Assembly: GCA_034003985.1 (NCBI GenBank)
Contig: JAVEXP010000001.1
Location: 236,190-300,189, forward strand
DNA: 64,000 bases
Origin: Patescibacteria group bacterium
Lineage (GTDB): Bacteria; Patescibacteriota; Patescibacteriia; Buchananbacterales; UBA6539
Reading direction: 5' to 3'
The notes below the pieces were generated by a model that was given only the letters and a program-made list of their open reading frames with translations, ran no database searches and was not told the origin of the DNA. Positions 1 through 8,003 of the stretch are shown piece after piece. How positions within the stretch are numbered: the first letter of the stretch is position 1; every line of letters starts with the position of its first letter. A program made the position numbers and the translations under genes.

Positions 1-225
1 CGGTACCAAAGCTTTCTGGGCGTCTGATAGTCCAGAACAGTCTACTTGCGGTAGCGGCATGGTCGGTGGTTCAAGGCCGGTTTCGACATCCAATCCCCGG
101 CCGCAAGTACAGCGAAAGCGACCATGGTCGTCGGCGGCAAACATTTCTTTGCCACACTCAGGGCAACTTGGTCCGTGTCCGCCATGACCGCCCAGATAAC
201 GATCGGTAATATCCCAATAACTCAT
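1..225 (-). CDS. Partial zinc-ribbon-like hypothetical protein (runs off the window start)
   Basis: Not in the ORF track. ATG at 225, AGGAGG Shine-Dalgarno (SD) at 235-240, frame open to base 1. Translation begins MSYWDITDRYLGGHGGHGPSCPECGKEMFAADDHGRFRCTCGRG, with CxxC and CxC motifs. Confidence 0.7.
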   Translation of the reverse strand, partial: MSYWDITDRYLGGHGGHGPSCPECGKEMFAADDHGRFRCTCGRGLDVETGLEPPTMPLPQVDCSGLSDAQKALVP

Positions 226-289
226 AGCCTGATTCCTCCTGGGGTTGAACACTAAAGTTTGACTTCCTAAAAATATTGGTTTTAATGGG

Positions 290-613
290 CTATTTTAAAT
301 TTATTAATACCAAACCGCCAATAATCACAAAAATTCCAAAAATTTGGATTGGACTGATATGCTCTTTGAAAAAGAAATATCCGACAATAGTTACCAGGAT
401 TACTGAAATGGCAATCCATAAAACATTAGTAATGGCAACTCCTTCATACCTTAGTGACCGGGCAAAGAAAAATCCGGCCAACCCAAAACAAATTACGGTT
501 GAAGCCAGCAGCCAGTTGTTTTTGGTTAGATTGTAGTATTTGGCAAACAATATTCCCACCAAATCAAAGAAATTAATGATCAGGATGTGCCAAATAAAAG
601 GGTTTAGGTTCAT
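290..613 (-). CDS. SMR/DMT-family small multidrug-type transporter
   Basis: 107 aa with four hydrophobic segments and an SMR-like C-terminus (LWIAISVILVTIVGYFFFKEHISPIQIFGIFVIIGGLVL). Confidence 0.75.
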   Translation of the reverse strand: MNLNPFIWHILIINFFDLVGILFAKYYNLTKNNWLLASTVICFGLAGFFFARSLRYEGVAITNVLWIAISVILVTIVGYFFFKEHISPIQIFGIFVIIGGLVLINLK

Positions 614-655
614 ATTGGTTATTTATAGCCTATGATAATTTTGGTTTTTTGTAAA

Positions 656-684
656 CAAAATCTCCTCGGTAGGAGGAGATTTTG
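656..684 (-). terminator. Intrinsic terminator after rpsI
   Basis: 12-bp inverted repeat CAAAATCTCCTC-ggtag-GAGGAGATTTTG just past the rpsI stop. Confidence 0.75.
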
Positions 685-703
685 CAGTATTGAAAATTGA
701 AAT

Positions 704-1147
704 TTACCGTTTGGCCCATTGCGGCGCGCGTCGAGCGCGTTTTAAGCCGGGCTTCTTTCGTTCTTTACGTCTGGGGTCGCGCTTTAGGTAGCCGTTTGGC
801 TTCAAAGTTTGGCGCAGCTCTTTGTCAAAAACGACAATTGCGCGGGCTAAACCGTGGCGGACAGCTTCGGCCTGGCCTTTGATTCCCCCACCCTGGACTT
901 TGATGGTTAGATCAAATTCTTTGAGTTTGCCAATTGATTCTAAGGGAGCCAAGATGATATTTTGCAGTTCAAAAGTCGGGAAATACTGCTTAAAGTCTTT
1001 GTCATTAACAATAATTTTGCCTTCACCCTTTTTAAACAAGCGGACGCGGGCAATGGCTTTTTTCCGGCGACCAACAGCATATAAGTAGCTGTGTCTGATC
1101 CGTTTCTTTTTTTCTTCAGTTGTTTCTTCTTTTTTGGTTCTCGGCAT
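704..1147 (-). CDS. rpsI: 30S ribosomal protein S9
   Basis: GRRKKAIARVRL, GGGIKGQAEAVRHGLARA and ERKKPGLKRARRAPQWAKR motifs. Confidence 0.98.
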   Translation of the reverse strand: MPRTKKEETTEEKKKRIRHSYLYAVGRRKKAIARVRLFKKGEGKIIVNDKDFKQYFPTFELQNIILAPLESIGKLKEFDLTIKVQGGGIKGQAEAVRHGLARAIVVFDKELRQTLKPNGYLKRDPRRKERKKPGLKRARRAPQWAKR

Positions 1148-1151
1148 AGCA

Positions 1152-1538
1152 CTATTTGGTTACCTTCAAGCGTTTAATTATTTGCGCTCGGGTTTTGTTT
1201 TTAGGCAGCATATTCCAGACCGCTTGAATCAAAACTTGATCCGGACTTAATTCCATTAAATCTCTCAGTTTGGTGGTTTTCAAGCCCCCGGGATAGCTGG
1301 AATGACGATAAAAAACTTTATTAGCCAGTTTGGTACCGGTATTCTTCATTTTGGCCGCATTGCTTACAATCACGATATCTCCGTTATCAATGTGTCGCTC
1401 GAAAATTGCTTTGTTTTTGCCTCGCAACAAAGTCGCGATTTGAGTAGCTAGACGACCGACCACTTTATCTGTAGCATCAAGATGGTGGGTTTGGCGGTTG
1501 ATGGCCGGGTTTTTAGTTGTTACTTTTTTGGTAGCCAT
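1152..1538 (-). CDS. rplM: 50S ribosomal protein L13
   Basis: DATDKVVGRLATQIA, LRGKNK and YRHSSYPGGLK motifs; adjacent to rpsI. Confidence 0.97.
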   Translation of the reverse strand: MATKKVTTKNPAINRQTHHLDATDKVVGRLATQIATLLRGKNKAIFERHIDNGDIVIVSNAAKMKNTGTKLANKVFYRHSSYPGGLKTTKLRDLMELSPDQVLIQAVWNMLPKNKTRAQIIKRLKVTK

Positions 1539-1540
1539 AA

Positions 1541-1891
1541 TTAAACAAATTCAATTTGAACCATTTCAGCACCATCGCCTTGGCGGGTACCGATTTTAAC
1601 AATTCGAGTGTAACCGCCTCGGCGTTCTTTATAGCGCGGTCCTAAAACCTCCAAAGCTTTTTTAACTGCTTTTTTGTGATACAAAACATCAAGCAATTTT
1701 CGGCGGGAAGTCAGATTATTTTCTTTGGAAACAGTAATCAATTTTTCGACCATTGGTTTGACCGCTTTGGCCTTAGCTTTGGTGGTCTTTACTTTTTCGT
1801 ATAAAATAATACTGGTGGCCAGACTGCGCAGTAACGCTTCACGGCTTTCTTTTTTGCGATCTAAAATTTTAGTTTTTTGGCGGTGGCGCAT
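1541..1891 (-). CDS. rplQ: 50S ribosomal protein L17
   Basis: MRHR start, TTKAKAK and RYKERRGGYTRIVK motifs. Confidence 0.98.
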   Translation of the reverse strand: MRHRQKTKILDRKKESREALLRSLATSIILYEKVKTTKAKAKAVKPMVEKLITVSKENNLTSRRKLLDVLYHKKAVKKALEVLGPRYKERRGGYTRIVKIGTRQGDGAEMVQIEFV

Positions 1892-1893
1892 AA

Positions 1894-2700
1894 CTATTTA
1901 TCTTCCTTTTTTTCGGCTTTTTTAGATTTTTTTTCTTCCTTGGTTTCAACATCCTCGGCAGCTTCTTCAGTTTTGTCTTTTTTAGCCTTGACTTTCGGTT
2001 CGGCTTCACCCTGAACACTGCCGTCGATGAACTGGAAATGGTCAATCAAAATTTTATTCGCAGCCGACAAAGCTTGCTCCGGAGTGATTGATCCGTCGGT
2101 CTCAATTTCCAAAATCAGATTTTCGTAGTTGGTCATTTGGCCAACCCGAACATTTTCAATATAGAATCCAACATTTTTTACCGGCGTAAATACGGCATCA
2201 AGCAGGATAATGTCGGCCTCGGTGTTTTCTTTTTCCCGAGCTTCGGTCGGTAAATAGCCGCGGCCTTGCTCAACGATAATATCCATTTCCAACTCGGCCG
2301 ATTTGCTGGTTAGAGTGGCAATGACTTGATCGGTATTGATAACCTCAACATCACTGGTGGCTTGAATATCTTTGGCCGTAACTTTTTTTTCGCCACTGGC
2401 TTTCAGTTTTAAGCGAACCGGCTCTTCGTTGTGGACCTTGAACCGGACTTGTTTTAAATTTAAAGAAATTTCAACAACATCTTCCAAAACATTGTCGATG
2501 GTTGCAAATTCATGACTAACACCCTTAATTTTAAAAGCGGTGATAGCACCTCCGGGTAAAGAAGAAAGCAAAACTCGGCGGAGGGCGTTACCCAAAGTAG
2601 TTCCATAACCGGGATGGCAAGGCTGAATACTGACCTTGGATTGATTTTTTTCCTTGCTGGGCTTTATTTCGACTTTGTTTGGTAAAGGGATGTTTTGCAT
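1894..2700 (-). CDS. rpoA: RNA polymerase alpha subunit (N-terminal domain only, no CTD)
   Basis: GYGTTLGNALRRVLLSS, HEFATI, DAVFTPV and LEIETDGSITP motifs; ends in a K/E-rich tail; AAGGAGG SD. Confidence 0.96.
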   Translation of the reverse strand: MQNIPLPNKVEIKPSKEKNQSKVSIQPCHPGYGTTLGNALRRVLLSSLPGGAITAFKIKGVSHEFATIDNVLEDVVEISLNLKQVRFKVHNEEPVRLKLKASGEKKVTAKDIQATSDVEVINTDQVIATLTSKSAELEMDIIVEQGRGYLPTEAREKENTEADIILLDAVFTPVKNVGFYIENVRVGQMTNYENLILEIETDGSITPEQALSAANKILIDHFQFIDGSVQGEAEPKVKAKKDKTEEAAEDVETKEEKKSKKAEKKEDK

Positions 2701-2729
2701 AATTTTTACCCTCCTTAAAGTGGGATTAA

Positions 2730-3344
2730 TTATTTTGAATAAAATTCGACGATGAGTCGGGGGTTGAAAGTCTGTTCCATTTCTTGACTGGTTGGTTTAT
2801 TAACCACTTTGCCGCTGCGATTTTTGAGATCCAGGTGCAGCCAAATTGGCGTTTGGTATTTTTCCAGTCTTTTCTCCAAATCCTCGAATAATTTTGATTT
2901 AAATTTGTTGTCTTTAATGGTTATTTCGTCTTTGGGTTTGACTTGATAAGACGGGATGGTCACCCGTTTATTATTGACCAAGAAGAAACCGTGGTTGACC
3001 ATTTGGCGGGCCTGGCGTCTGGTTTTGGCAAAGCCAAGGCGGTAAATAACATTGTCGAGTCTCATCTCCAATAGTTGTTGGAGAATTTCGCCGGTATCGC
3101 CTTTTTTGGCAATCGCCTTTTTATAATAATTGGCAAACTGTTTTTCCATAATGCCGTAAGTCAGGCGGGCAATTTGTTTTTCGCGCAACTGGGTGCCGTA
3201 TTCGCTTGGCCGGCCTTGACGTTTGGGACCGTGGATTCCGGCCGGGTAGCTGCGACGGCCAATAATATTTTTTTCACCCTGACTCAAATTAACACCATAA
3301 CGGCGGGAAGCTTTAGTGATTTTCTTTTTAGGAATTTTAGCCAT
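2730..3344 (-). CDS. rpsD: 30S ribosomal protein S4
   Basis: SEYGTQLREKQ, LEMRLDNVIYRLGFA and IVEFYSK motifs. Confidence 0.98.
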   Translation of the reverse strand: MAKIPKKKITKASRRYGVNLSQGEKNIIGRRSYPAGIHGPKRQGRPSEYGTQLREKQIARLTYGIMEKQFANYYKKAIAKKGDTGEILQQLLEMRLDNVIYRLGFAKTRRQARQMVNHGFFLVNNKRVTIPSYQVKPKDEITIKDNKFKSKLFEDLEKRLEKYQTPIWLHLDLKNRSGKVVNKPTSQEMEQTFNPRLIVEFYSK

Positions 3345-3345
3345 A

Positions 3346-3798
3346 TTAAACTCGGCGTGGTTTCTTTGGACGGCAACCGTTGTGAGGAATCGGTGTAATG
3401 TCCTTAATACTTAAAACATTTATGCCATTGGCGTTGAGGGCGCGGATTGCCGCTTCGCGGCCGCCGCCAACACCTTTAACGAAAACATTAACCTCTTTGA
3501 GACCGTATGGTTTTGCCCGTTCAACAGCATTGGCAACAATAACACCGGCCGCGTAAGGAGTTGATTTTTTAGGACCTTTAAAACCGGCCTGGCCGGCGGA
3601 ACTTTGGGTTAAAGAATTGCCGGCATTATCAGTTAAAGTGATCATGGTATTGTTGTAGGTTGCTTTAACATAAGCCCGACCAGTACTAACTTGGCGTTTG
3701 GTCTTTTTTTTACCTTTAACCTTGGCGGTTGATACGGCCTCGGTTGATTTTTCAACAATTGGCTGCTCCTGATTATCTTGGGGTTTTTGTTCAGTCAT
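3346..3798 (-). CDS. rpsK: 30S ribosomal protein S11
   Basis: GFKGPKKSTPYAA and DITPIPHNGCRPKKPRRV motifs. Confidence 0.98.
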   Translation of the reverse strand: MTEQKPQDNQEQPIVEKSTEAVSTAKVKGKKKTKRQVSTGRAYVKATYNNTMITLTDNAGNSLTQSSAGQAGFKGPKKSTPYAAGVIVANAVERAKPYGLKEVNVFVKGVGGGREAAIRALNANGINVLSIKDITPIPHNGCRPKKPRRV

Positions 3799-3813
3799 AT
3801 TTAAGAATGTAAG

Positions 3814-4203
3814 TTAGGTCTTTTGAGCCGGCGGTTTTTTGCCTGAACCCATGGTCCGGCGAACATTGCCGCGGACGGTTCGGTTATTGGTTTTGGTTCG
3901 CTGACCGCGCACCGGCAGATGTTTGGAGTGGCGTGAGCCGCGGTAACTGTCGATTTCTTTTAACCGCTTAACATTTAACAAAACTTCGCGTTTTAGTTCA
4001 CCTTCAACCCTGATATTTTTATCGATGAATTCGCGAAGTTGATTAATTTGGGTTTCAGTCAAGTCTTTTATTCTGACATTTGGATCAATTTTGGTTTGTG
4101 TCAAAATTTTATTGGCCGTGGTGCGACCAATACCGTAGATGTAAGTTAGAGCGATTTGCGCTCGTTTGTCTTTAGGCAGGGTAATACCCGCAATTCTAGC
4201 CAT
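3814..4203 (-). CDS. rpsM: 30S ribosomal protein S13
   Basis: [14 protein letters not shown] and [11 protein letters not shown] motifs. Confidence 0.98.
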   Translation of the reverse strand: MARIAGITLPKDKRAQIALTYIYGIGRTTANKILTQTKIDPNVRIKDLTETQINQLREFIDKNIRVEGELKREVLLNVKRLKEIDSYRGSRHSKHLPVRGQRTKTNNRTVRGNVRRTMGSGKKPPAQKT

Positions 4204-4205
4204 AA

Positions 4206-4319
4206 TTATCCTTGTCGTTGTCGATGTCTCGGATTTTTACAAACAATGTGAACCCGTTTCTTACGACGGACCACTTTGCAGTCTTTGCAGATTTTTTTTG
4301 CCGAGGCACTGACTTTCAT
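4206..4319 (-). CDS. rpmJ: 50S ribosomal protein L36 (zinc-binding type)
   Basis: Not in the ORF track. Hand translation [37 protein letters not shown]; lies between infA and rpsM. Confidence 0.97.
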   Translation of the reverse strand: MKVSASAKKICKDCKVVRRKKRVHIVCKNPRHRQRQG

Positions 4320-4323
4320 AATG

Positions 4324-4560
4324 TTAATAACGATAAGTGATTCTCCCCTTGCTTAGATCATAGGGAGTTAATTGGACTTTGACTTTATCCCCAGGCAGAA
4401 TCCTGATTTTATGCATTCTCATTTTGCCTGACAAATGGGTTAGAATTTCATGACCGTTTTCAAGTTGAACCTTGAAATTGGCGGCTGGTAAAAGTTCAAG
4501 GACTTCCCCATCAATCTCAATGAAATCCTTGCTGGGGGTGTTGTCTTGTTTTTTTGGCAT
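4324..4560 (-). CDS. infA: Translation initiation factor IF-1
   Basis: [19 protein letters not shown] and [12 protein letters not shown] motifs. Confidence 0.98.
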   Translation of the reverse strand: MPKKQDNTPSKDFIEIDGEVLELLPAANFKVQLENGHEILTHLSGKMRMHKIRILPGDKVKVQLTPYDLSKGRITYRY

Positions 4561-4658
4561 AATTTAGAAAAAATAAAATTCTTGGCACGCTGAATTGAAG
4601 CATCTAGCCTAGAATTTTATCTAAAATACGGTAAGTTTTTGCTTTATTTACCAGTATA

Positions 4659-4686
4659 ATTGTAGCAATTCATTATTATTTGTCAA
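4659..4686 (-). promoter_or_regulatory. Sigma70-type promoter of the infA-rpsI operon
   Basis: TTGACA-16 nt-TACAAT with a TGn extended -10. Confidence 0.7.
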
Positions 4687-4763
4687 ACAATAGGATTATA
4701 TTACATTAAAAAAATGATAATGTCAAGGTTTCTCTGATAGTCATTTTTAATTTAAATTTAGCC

Positions 4764-4798
4764 AAAAAATTAGCCGCTGAACTACTTGAGTCAGCGGC
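4764..4798 (-). terminator. Intrinsic terminator after the 103-aa orphan gene
   Basis: GCCGCTGA/TCAGCGGC stem followed by a T-run on the minus strand. Confidence 0.7.
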
Positions 4799-4829
4799 AT
4801 TGCCGTCTTTTTGGATGATCCCTCCAGGT

Positions 4830-5141
4830 TTATTCGTCAGTGTCGCGGGGACTAAAGTCACCGCGCTCTTTGAAGTAGCCCATCATAGTATCGCACATGA
4901 TGGCCAAGCAGGTCTTTTCCAGACCGCCGTTGGGGTTGAGTTTGTCTTCAAAGACCAGCTCTTTTCCAGGTTCTTCCCATAGGTCGCGGGGAAGTTTGCT
5001 GGGATCGTCTTCAAGCACAAACATTCCGCAGTGGCAAGGGATGTTTTGGCCAAAGGTCAGGCCGTCTTTGTAACGGCAGACGCACCTTGGCTCAAATTTG
5101 CTGACTAAAAGAACCGTAAGGACCTGGACCTGGTGTGACAT
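4830..5141 (-). CDS. Hypothetical Cys-containing protein
   Basis: 103-aa ORF, visibly more GC-rich than its flanks, with an AAGGAG SD, upstream TTGACA and a downstream terminator. No family recognised. Confidence 0.6.
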   Translation of the reverse strand: MSHQVQVLTVLLVSKFEPRCVCRYKDGLTFGQNIPCHCGMFVLEDDPSKLPRDLWEEPGKELVFEDKLNPNGGLEKTCLAIMCDTMMGYFKERGDFSPRDTDE

Positions 5142-5265
5142 ATTCTGCTCCTTGTGAGTTGGGTCTGTCCATGTTTGTCGTATTTATATAAGATTTTATG
5201 TAAAATGTCAATTGATTACCAAAAAAAATAGCTAAAATTAGGCTATTTCAATATTTATTTTAAAT

Positions 5266-7008
5266 TTATTCCAAAATCGCTTTGATTCGTCTGATGCCAG
5301 AGCTGCTGGATTCTTCTTTCTTGATTTTAAAATGACCCAACTCGCCGGTATTTTTAACATGGGGACCGCCACAGATTTCCTTACTAAAATCACCAATGCT
5401 ATAAACTTTAACGCGGTCGGCGTATTTATGTTCAAAAATTCCCATTGCTCCGTGTTGTTTGGCTTCTTCCACCGTCATCTCTTGGGTGGTAACTGGCAGT
5501 TTGTTGGTAATTTGTTCGTTAACCAGATCTTCAACCTGTTTGATTTGTTCGGAGGTCAGTTTATCGGGATGAGAAAAATCAAATCTTAGGCGTTGAGCCG
5601 TAATATTGGAACCCTTTTGATAGATATGGTCTCCCAAGATTTTTCTTAAAGATGCCAATAATAAATGAGTGGCAGTGTGAAATTTGGTGGCCTCGGTGGA
5701 ATGGTCGGCTAAACCGCCCTTGAATTTTTGTTCAGCACCAGCACGGGACAACGCTTGGTGTTTGCTGAATTCTTGGTTGAATCCGGTTTCGTCGACTGTT
5801 ATCCCCTTTTCCGCCGCCAGTTCCTTGGTCATCTCCAGGGGGAAACCATAGCTGGAAAAAAGAATAAAAGCATCATAGCCGGAGATATCGTGATTAGAAA
5901 TTTTGGAAAATTCTTTTAAGCCTTTTTCTAGAGTTTGAGTAAATTTTTCCTCCTCTTTGTTCAGTTGCTCCTCGATGAATTTTTGATTCTTGGATAGTTC
6001 GGGATAAATATCAGCATAATTATTGATAATAATTTTGGCAATCATAAAAGTAAAAGATTTATTGATGCCAATTATTTTACCGTGACGGATGGCCCGTCTA
6101 ATCAGCCGGCGCAAAACATAGCCCTGGTCCAAGTTGGACGGGGCAATCCCCTTGTGGTCACCCAGAATAAAAGTGGCGGTTCGCAAATGATCGGCAATTA
6201 TCCTAATTGATTTGATATTCTCGGCGGTTGCTAATTTGTTGATTTCGCCAATGATTGATTTAAATAGTTCCGTTTCATAAACTGATTTTTTTCCGTTTAA
6301 AATCGCCAAAGTGCGTTCCAGGCCCATGCCAGTATCAACATTTTTTTGAGTTAATTCAAGATATCGGCCTTCAGCGGTTTTATTATATTGCATAAAAACA
6401 TCGTTCCAGATTTCCACCCAGCGTTTATCGGCCGGGTCAAATCGGACCGGAGCCGGCTCAGTCGACGCCCAATAAAACATTTCGGTATCCGGACCGCATG
6501 GTCCGGTTTGTCCGGCCGGACCCCACCAGTTATCATTGCGAGGCAAAAAAGCAATCCGGTCTTGGGGAATTCCCAATGATTGCCAGATGGCTGACGCCTC
6601 TTCATCTTTGGGAATATTATTTTCAGCTTCACCGGCAAAACAAGTAACTGCCAATTTTTCAATTGGGATATTCAAAATTTTGGTCAAAAATTCAAAACTA
6701 AAATTGATCGCCTCGTTTTTAAAGTAATCCCCCAACGACCAGTTACCAAGCATCTCGAAAAAGGTAAGATGCCAGGGATCACCGACCTCGTCGATATCGC
6801 CGGTGCGAATACACTTTTGAAAATTGGTCAATCGGTTACCGCCGGGATGGGTTTCGCCCAGCAGGTAAGGCACTAACGGATGCATGCCGGCCGTAGTAAA
6901 TAAAACCGTTGGGTCATTTTCAGGAATTAAAGAAGCCGAAGGGATAATAGTGTGACCCTTTGATTGAAAGAAAGCTAAATATTTTTCTCTTAGTTCTTTT
7001 CCAGTCAT
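5266..7008 (-). CDS. alaS: Alanyl-tRNA synthetase (short form without C-Ala domain)
   Basis: DPTVLFTTAGM, TFFEMLGNWSLGDYFK, GPCGPDTE, DTGMGLER and IADHLR motifs; editing motifs HTATHL and CGGPHV. Confidence 0.97.
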   Translation of the reverse strand: MTGKELREKYLAFFQSKGHTIIPSASLIPENDPTVLFTTAGMHPLVPYLLGETHPGGNRLTNFQKCIRTGDIDEVGDPWHLTFFEMLGNWSLGDYFKNEAINFSFEFLTKILNIPIEKLAVTCFAGEAENNIPKDEEASAIWQSLGIPQDRIAFLPRNDNWWGPAGQTGPCGPDTEMFYWASTEPAPVRFDPADKRWVEIWNDVFMQYNKTAEGRYLELTQKNVDTGMGLERTLAILNGKKSVYETELFKSIIGEINKLATAENIKSIRIIADHLRTATFILGDHKGIAPSNLDQGYVLRRLIRRAIRHGKIIGINKSFTFMIAKIIINNYADIYPELSKNQKFIEEQLNKEEEKFTQTLEKGLKEFSKISNHDISGYDAFILFSSYGFPLEMTKELAAEKGITVDETGFNQEFSKHQALSRAGAEQKFKGGLADHSTEATKFHTATHLLLASLRKILGDHIYQKGSNITAQRLRFDFSHPDKLTSEQIKQVEDLVNEQITNKLPVTTQEMTVEEAKQHGAMGIFEHKYADRVKVYSIGDFSKEICGGPHVKNTGELGHFKIKKEESSSSGIRRIKAILE

Positions 7009-7039
7009 ATTCGGATTTTAGCAGATTAGTTTAAGTTTT

Positions 7040-7561
7040 TCAACTTAACTGAATTGCTAAAAAAAATGCGACTCGGGCGAGTCGCACCAGGGATTGCCTG
7101 GACGGGATGATTGTTCCCGGTGGTTCTTCGGACTCTGGTGAGTCGGGTTGAGCGTCAAGGGATTCCTTGATGTGGACGATATCGAATTTTTGGCACAGGA
7201 GCCGAAAGAACGATTCGTTGATTTGGTAGAAGTCGGTGGTTACCACCGTTATCGTCAGTGAATTGAGATTCAAGACGATGCCGCCGATAAACACGACTTG
7301 TTTGAGACCGTCATTGGTGCTGGCGGTTTCAAGTACGGTTAAGACATGGGTATCGGGATGAAATTCCTTGACGGCTTCATCTTTGTCGATGATGGTCAGG
7401 TACATCTCGCCTTCCGGATCGGTGACTATAACCCGGCAGTCCCGGCCTTCTTGCTTGATTACCCAATGCCGGCAGTCCCGGTCTCTTACTTCCATAGTCG
7501 AACATGAGTTGACAGTCAGCATGACGACCACGATTGCCAATGAACGAATTTGATTAAACAT
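7040..7561 (-). CDS. Hypothetical lipoprotein-like protein
   Basis: GGAGG SD; signal-like N-terminus ending LTVNSC; GC-rich; has its own promoter. Confidence 0.6.
   Translation of the reverse strand: MFNQIRSLAIVVVMLTVNSCSTMEVRDRDCRHWVIKQEGRDCRVIVTDPEGEMYLTIIDKDEAVKEFHPDTHVLTVLETASTNDGLKQVVFIGGIVLNLNSLTITVVTTDFYQINESFFRLLCQKFDIVHIKESLDAQPDSPESEEPPGTIIPSRQSLVRLARVAFFLAIQLS
7059..7086 (-). terminator. Intrinsic terminator overlapping the last codons of 7040..7561
   Basis: TGCGACTC-gccc-GAGTCGCA followed by a run of T on the minus strand. Confidence 0.65.
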
Positions 7562-7668
7562 TGCTTATATCCCTCCGTTTTGTTGACACCATTCCTGCCT
7601 TGATAGGATTATATTATTTATTTGTTGCCATAATGTCAAATCGGCCAAACCAAATTGGTCATGGTGTA

Positions 7669-7697
7669 TTGACATTGATCGGCATAACTGGTAAGAT
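7669..7697 (+). promoter_or_regulatory. Promoter of the acidic microprotein gene
   Basis: TTGACA-17 nt-TAAGAT with a TGn extension. Confidence 0.7.
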
Positions 7698-7792
7698 TAA
7701 TTTTGTGATTGATAACTAATAATTAATGTTCTGGTTATCTTTTTTTTAAGCGGAATTACCGCTTTTTGCCAGAGCAAGAGGAGAAGATCTAC

Positions 7793-7921
7793 ATGATTTT
7801 CGATGAACCAATGATGGATGCTCCAGAAGAAGGTGGCGAAGAAGCCGCTACCCCAGAAGAAGGTACTTCAACTGAAGGTGGCGAAGAAGCCGCTGAAGGT
7901 ACGGAAGAAGGAGCCATGTAA
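7793..7921 (+). CDS. 42-aa highly acidic microprotein
   Basis: Not in the ORF track. GAGGAG SD; MIFDEPMMDAPEEGGEEAATPEEGTSTEGGEEAAEGTEEGAM*; flanked by a promoter and a terminator. Confidence 0.75.
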   Translation: MIFDEPMMDAPEEGGEEAATPEEGTSTEGGEEAAEGTEEGAM

Positions 7922-7966
7922 GAAGTCTTTCTTGCTAGTTTCTAGGAAAGATTCAAAGACTCAAAT

Positions 7967-7996
7967 ACAAAACACCCTTGAAAAAGGGTGTTTTGT
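7967..7996. terminator. Bidirectional terminator between the acidic peptide gene and clpB
   Basis: 13-bp inverted repeat ACAAAACACCCTT-gaaa-AAGGGTGTTTTGT. Confidence 0.8.
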
Positions 7997-8003
7997 TAAT
8001 ATC

